A stretch of DNA of 64,000 nt from the IMG/VR virus record IMGVR_UViG_3300034631_000059. One strand, given 5' to 3'. Positions 62,415-64,000 of this stretch are shown here, in pieces (position 1 is the first letter of the stretch; each line of letters opens with the position of its first letter). A model generated the notes under the pieces. It made no database searches, was not told the DNA's origin, and saw nothing but the letters and a program-made list of their open reading frames with translations. The translations under genes were made by a program, and so were the position numbers. The stretch comes from a virus.

Positions 62415-63587
62415 TCACACTCGCATCGGCATAAGGACCACCGTGCGCTCCCCGGCGGAGATGGCGGTCGGAGAGCCGGCCTCGCCGGCACGGAACTTCC
62501 ATTCCGGCGCGCCGGAGAGGTGGATCAGCCCCTCCTCCATGTACCGGGCCTGGAAGCCGCGCTCCACCGTGCCCCGGTCGCGGTAGGCTACCTCCATGGT
62601 GGCGACCGATACCGGGACCGCAAGCCGCGCCCTGCCTGCGTCGGGTGAAGCGGATTCCAGCACCAGCCGGAGCAGCTTGTTCCCCTTCTCGGTCTCGGTG
62701 GCGAGCTTAATGGCCCTGCTGCGCTCCGTGCTGATCGAGGCGACGCGGCGGATGAAGGCCCGCAGGCGTTCGGGCGCGTGGATCGTCAGCACGTCCACAT
62801 GGCCCGGTTCCATAGTCGGGATCACGCGCCGATAGTCGGGGAACGTGCCGTCGATCAGCTTGGTCATAAGCATCCAGCGCGCATGCCGGAAGCGCATCTT
62901 CGTGTCCCCGAGCAGCTCCACCTCAAGCTCCCCCACTGCTTTGCCCAGGAAGGCCAGCAGGGGCTTCAGGGCGGTCTTCGGCAGGATGACGCCGATCCCG
63001 CTGTTGCTCGCCCCCGCGCGCAGCCGGATCGGCTCCGGCGCGGGCGTCATGTGCAGACGGTGGCCATCCGTGGCGCAGAAGTGCAGCCCTGGCTTGTCGT
63101 CGCGCTCATGCACATAGATGCCGTTGAGGTAGTAGCGGGTCTCCTCCGAGCTGATCGCTGGGAGGATGAAGCGCAGCGTGTCGCGCAGAGCGTCAAGGCT
63201 CCAAGCCCAGGTGCGGGAGCCCTTCGCCGGGCTCATGGTGGGGAAGTCCTCCACCGGCAGGGTGGTGAGTTCGGCCACGAAGTCCTCCGTCGCAACCTGC
63301 AACGGCGCATCGCCGCCCTTGTGGGTCAGCGTGACCTCCCCGCTCGCGCCGCCGAGGACCGCCAGCAGCCTCCGCGCATCCACCGTGACTCGCCCATCAT
63401 CGGTGGCGCCATCCAACTCCTCCTCGAAGACCTTCTCCATGTCGGTGGTGGTCAGGCTGATCGTGGCCGGCGCGACGCCGCAGATCAGGACGTGTCCCAA
63501 GATGGGAATGGTGCTGCGCCGCTCCACGATGCTCGCCGCGCGCTTCAGCGCCGGCACGAGCGCGCCGACCTGGACGGTGATCTTCAC
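62415..63587 (-). CDS. dnaN: DNA polymerase III beta sliding clamp homolog
   Basis: VERRSTIPILGHVLI, EETRYYLNGIY, ATDGHRL, KLIDGTFPDYRRVIP, C-terminal VLMPMRV. Confidence 0.9.
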   Translation of the reverse strand: MKITVQVGALVPALKRAASIVERRSTIPILGHVLICGVAPATISLTTTDMEKVFEEELDGATDDGRVTVDARRLLAVLGGASGEVTLTHKGGDAPLQVATEDFVAELTTLPVEDFPTMSPAKGSRTWAWSLDALRDTLRFILPAISSEETRYYLNGIYVHERDDKPGLHFCATDGHRLHMTPAPEPIRLRAGASNSGIGVILPKTALKPLLAFLGKAVGELEVELLGDTKMRFRHARWMLMTKLIDGTFPDYRRVIPTMEPGHVDVLTIHAPERLRAFIRRVASISTERSRAIKLATETEKGNKLLRLVLESASPDAGRARLAVPVSVATMEVAYRDRGTVERGFQARYMEEGLIHLSGAPEWKFRAGEAGSPTAISAGERTVVLMPMRV

Positions 63588-63625
63588 GGGAATGTCTGCC
63601 CTTGCTGCCTAGAACAGCCCGGAAC

Positions 63626-63692
63626 ATGAACCAGGAAAATTGACCCGACAACCATTTTTCTGGTTGACCATAAAAATACCCGCCGCCATGTT
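63626..63692. promoter_or_regulatory. Divergent promoter/operator region
   Basis: 15-bp match to 14989-15003, near-inverted AACCAGGAAAA / TTTTTCTGGTT, two TTGACC hexamers (63640, 63664), AT-rich. Confidence 0.5.
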
Positions 63693-63769
63693 CAGGGCGC
63701 CCCCGTTGGGCGCAGCAGCAGGAGCAGAGAGTGGCACCCCGCAGGAACCAGACAAAGGCGCAGGAGGAG

Positions 63770-64000
63770 GTGCCGGCAACGGCGCCCACACATTCCTCCG
63801 CGACCATCCAGGGCATCATAGACGGTGCCGCCCCAAGCCAAGGGCGCGCGACGGAACCGCACAAGGGCACCTTCTGGGAGCACCGCGTGCGTGGCGGCGA
63901 GTACGAGGTGCTGGGCATCGGGCGGTTGCAGGTGCCGGACGCGCCCGCCGAGAACCAGATACTCAACGACATGGACGAGCTGGTTGTTTACCGCGGCGCC
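63770..64000 (+). CDS. DUF1653-like protein, partial (runs off window; not in the ORF track)
   Basis: AGGAGGA RBS before GTG 63770; reads ...WEHRVRGGEYEVLGIG...DELVVYRG. Confidence 0.55.
   Translation, partial: MPATAPTHSSATIQGIIDGAAPSQGRATEPHKGTFWEHRVRGGEYEVLGIGRLQVPDAPAENQILNDMDELVVYRGA

Larger units (their letters stand above)
14865..64000. mobile_element. Podovirus-like prophage with N4-gp56-type capsid (right end outside window)
   Basis: Co-linear terS-terL-portal-scaffold-capsid-tail-ejection-DarB-lysis genes; no tape measure or sheath gene; begins at the att core. Confidence 0.9.

Noticed and set aside
1-64000. CRISPR array
   Set aside because: No regularly spaced repeat-spacer units; the repeats seen are short iteron, arm or operator types, or coding repeats.
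14865-64000. Diversity-generating retroelement (as in BPP-1-like phages)
   Set aside because: No reverse transcriptase motif and no template/variable repeat pair noticed in the window.
1-64000. Integrase or repressor for the prophage
   Set aside because: No tyrosine or serine recombinase motifs in any ORF; presumed to lie outside the window.

Overview
GC-rich, probably alphaproteobacterial (Acetobacteraceae/Roseomonas-like; inference only) window made entirely of mobile DNA: two phage-type elements abutting at an 18-bp copy of a tRNA-Glu 3' end (14847-14864, minus strand). Left (1-14846): a satellite-like element with a TerS-like gene, TerL, DUF2213, a lone baseplate-hub-like gene, a defence/TA hotspot (NYN, AbiTii-like, GNAT-DUF1778), an XRE regulator, an AlpA-like HTH and a primase-polymerase/ATPase with iteron-like repeats. 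It has no capsid, portal or integrase in view. Right (14865 to beyond 64000): a podovirus-like prophage with an N4-gp56-type major capsid, continuing past the window. It carries a MazG-like gene, TerS/TerL, portal, gp49/66, RyR-domain and CsrA-like accessory genes, scaffold and capsid. It also carries a glycoside-hydrolase block (tandem GH5 domains, a GH8-like plus SGNH esterase protein), tail/ejection genes, GNAT, methyltransferase, a PAPS-reductase-like gene split by an in-frame TAG, a 4609-aa DarB-like polyvalent protein, a lysis cassette and a phage beta clamp. Most notable: the apparent cellulose-degrading arsenal in the virion module, two RBS-equipped +1-frame ORFs nested inside the giant gene, a tandem CsrA-like ORF before the capsid gene, and a 15-bp sequence shared between both early regions. 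Domain calls rest on motif recognition by eye; no database searches were run.
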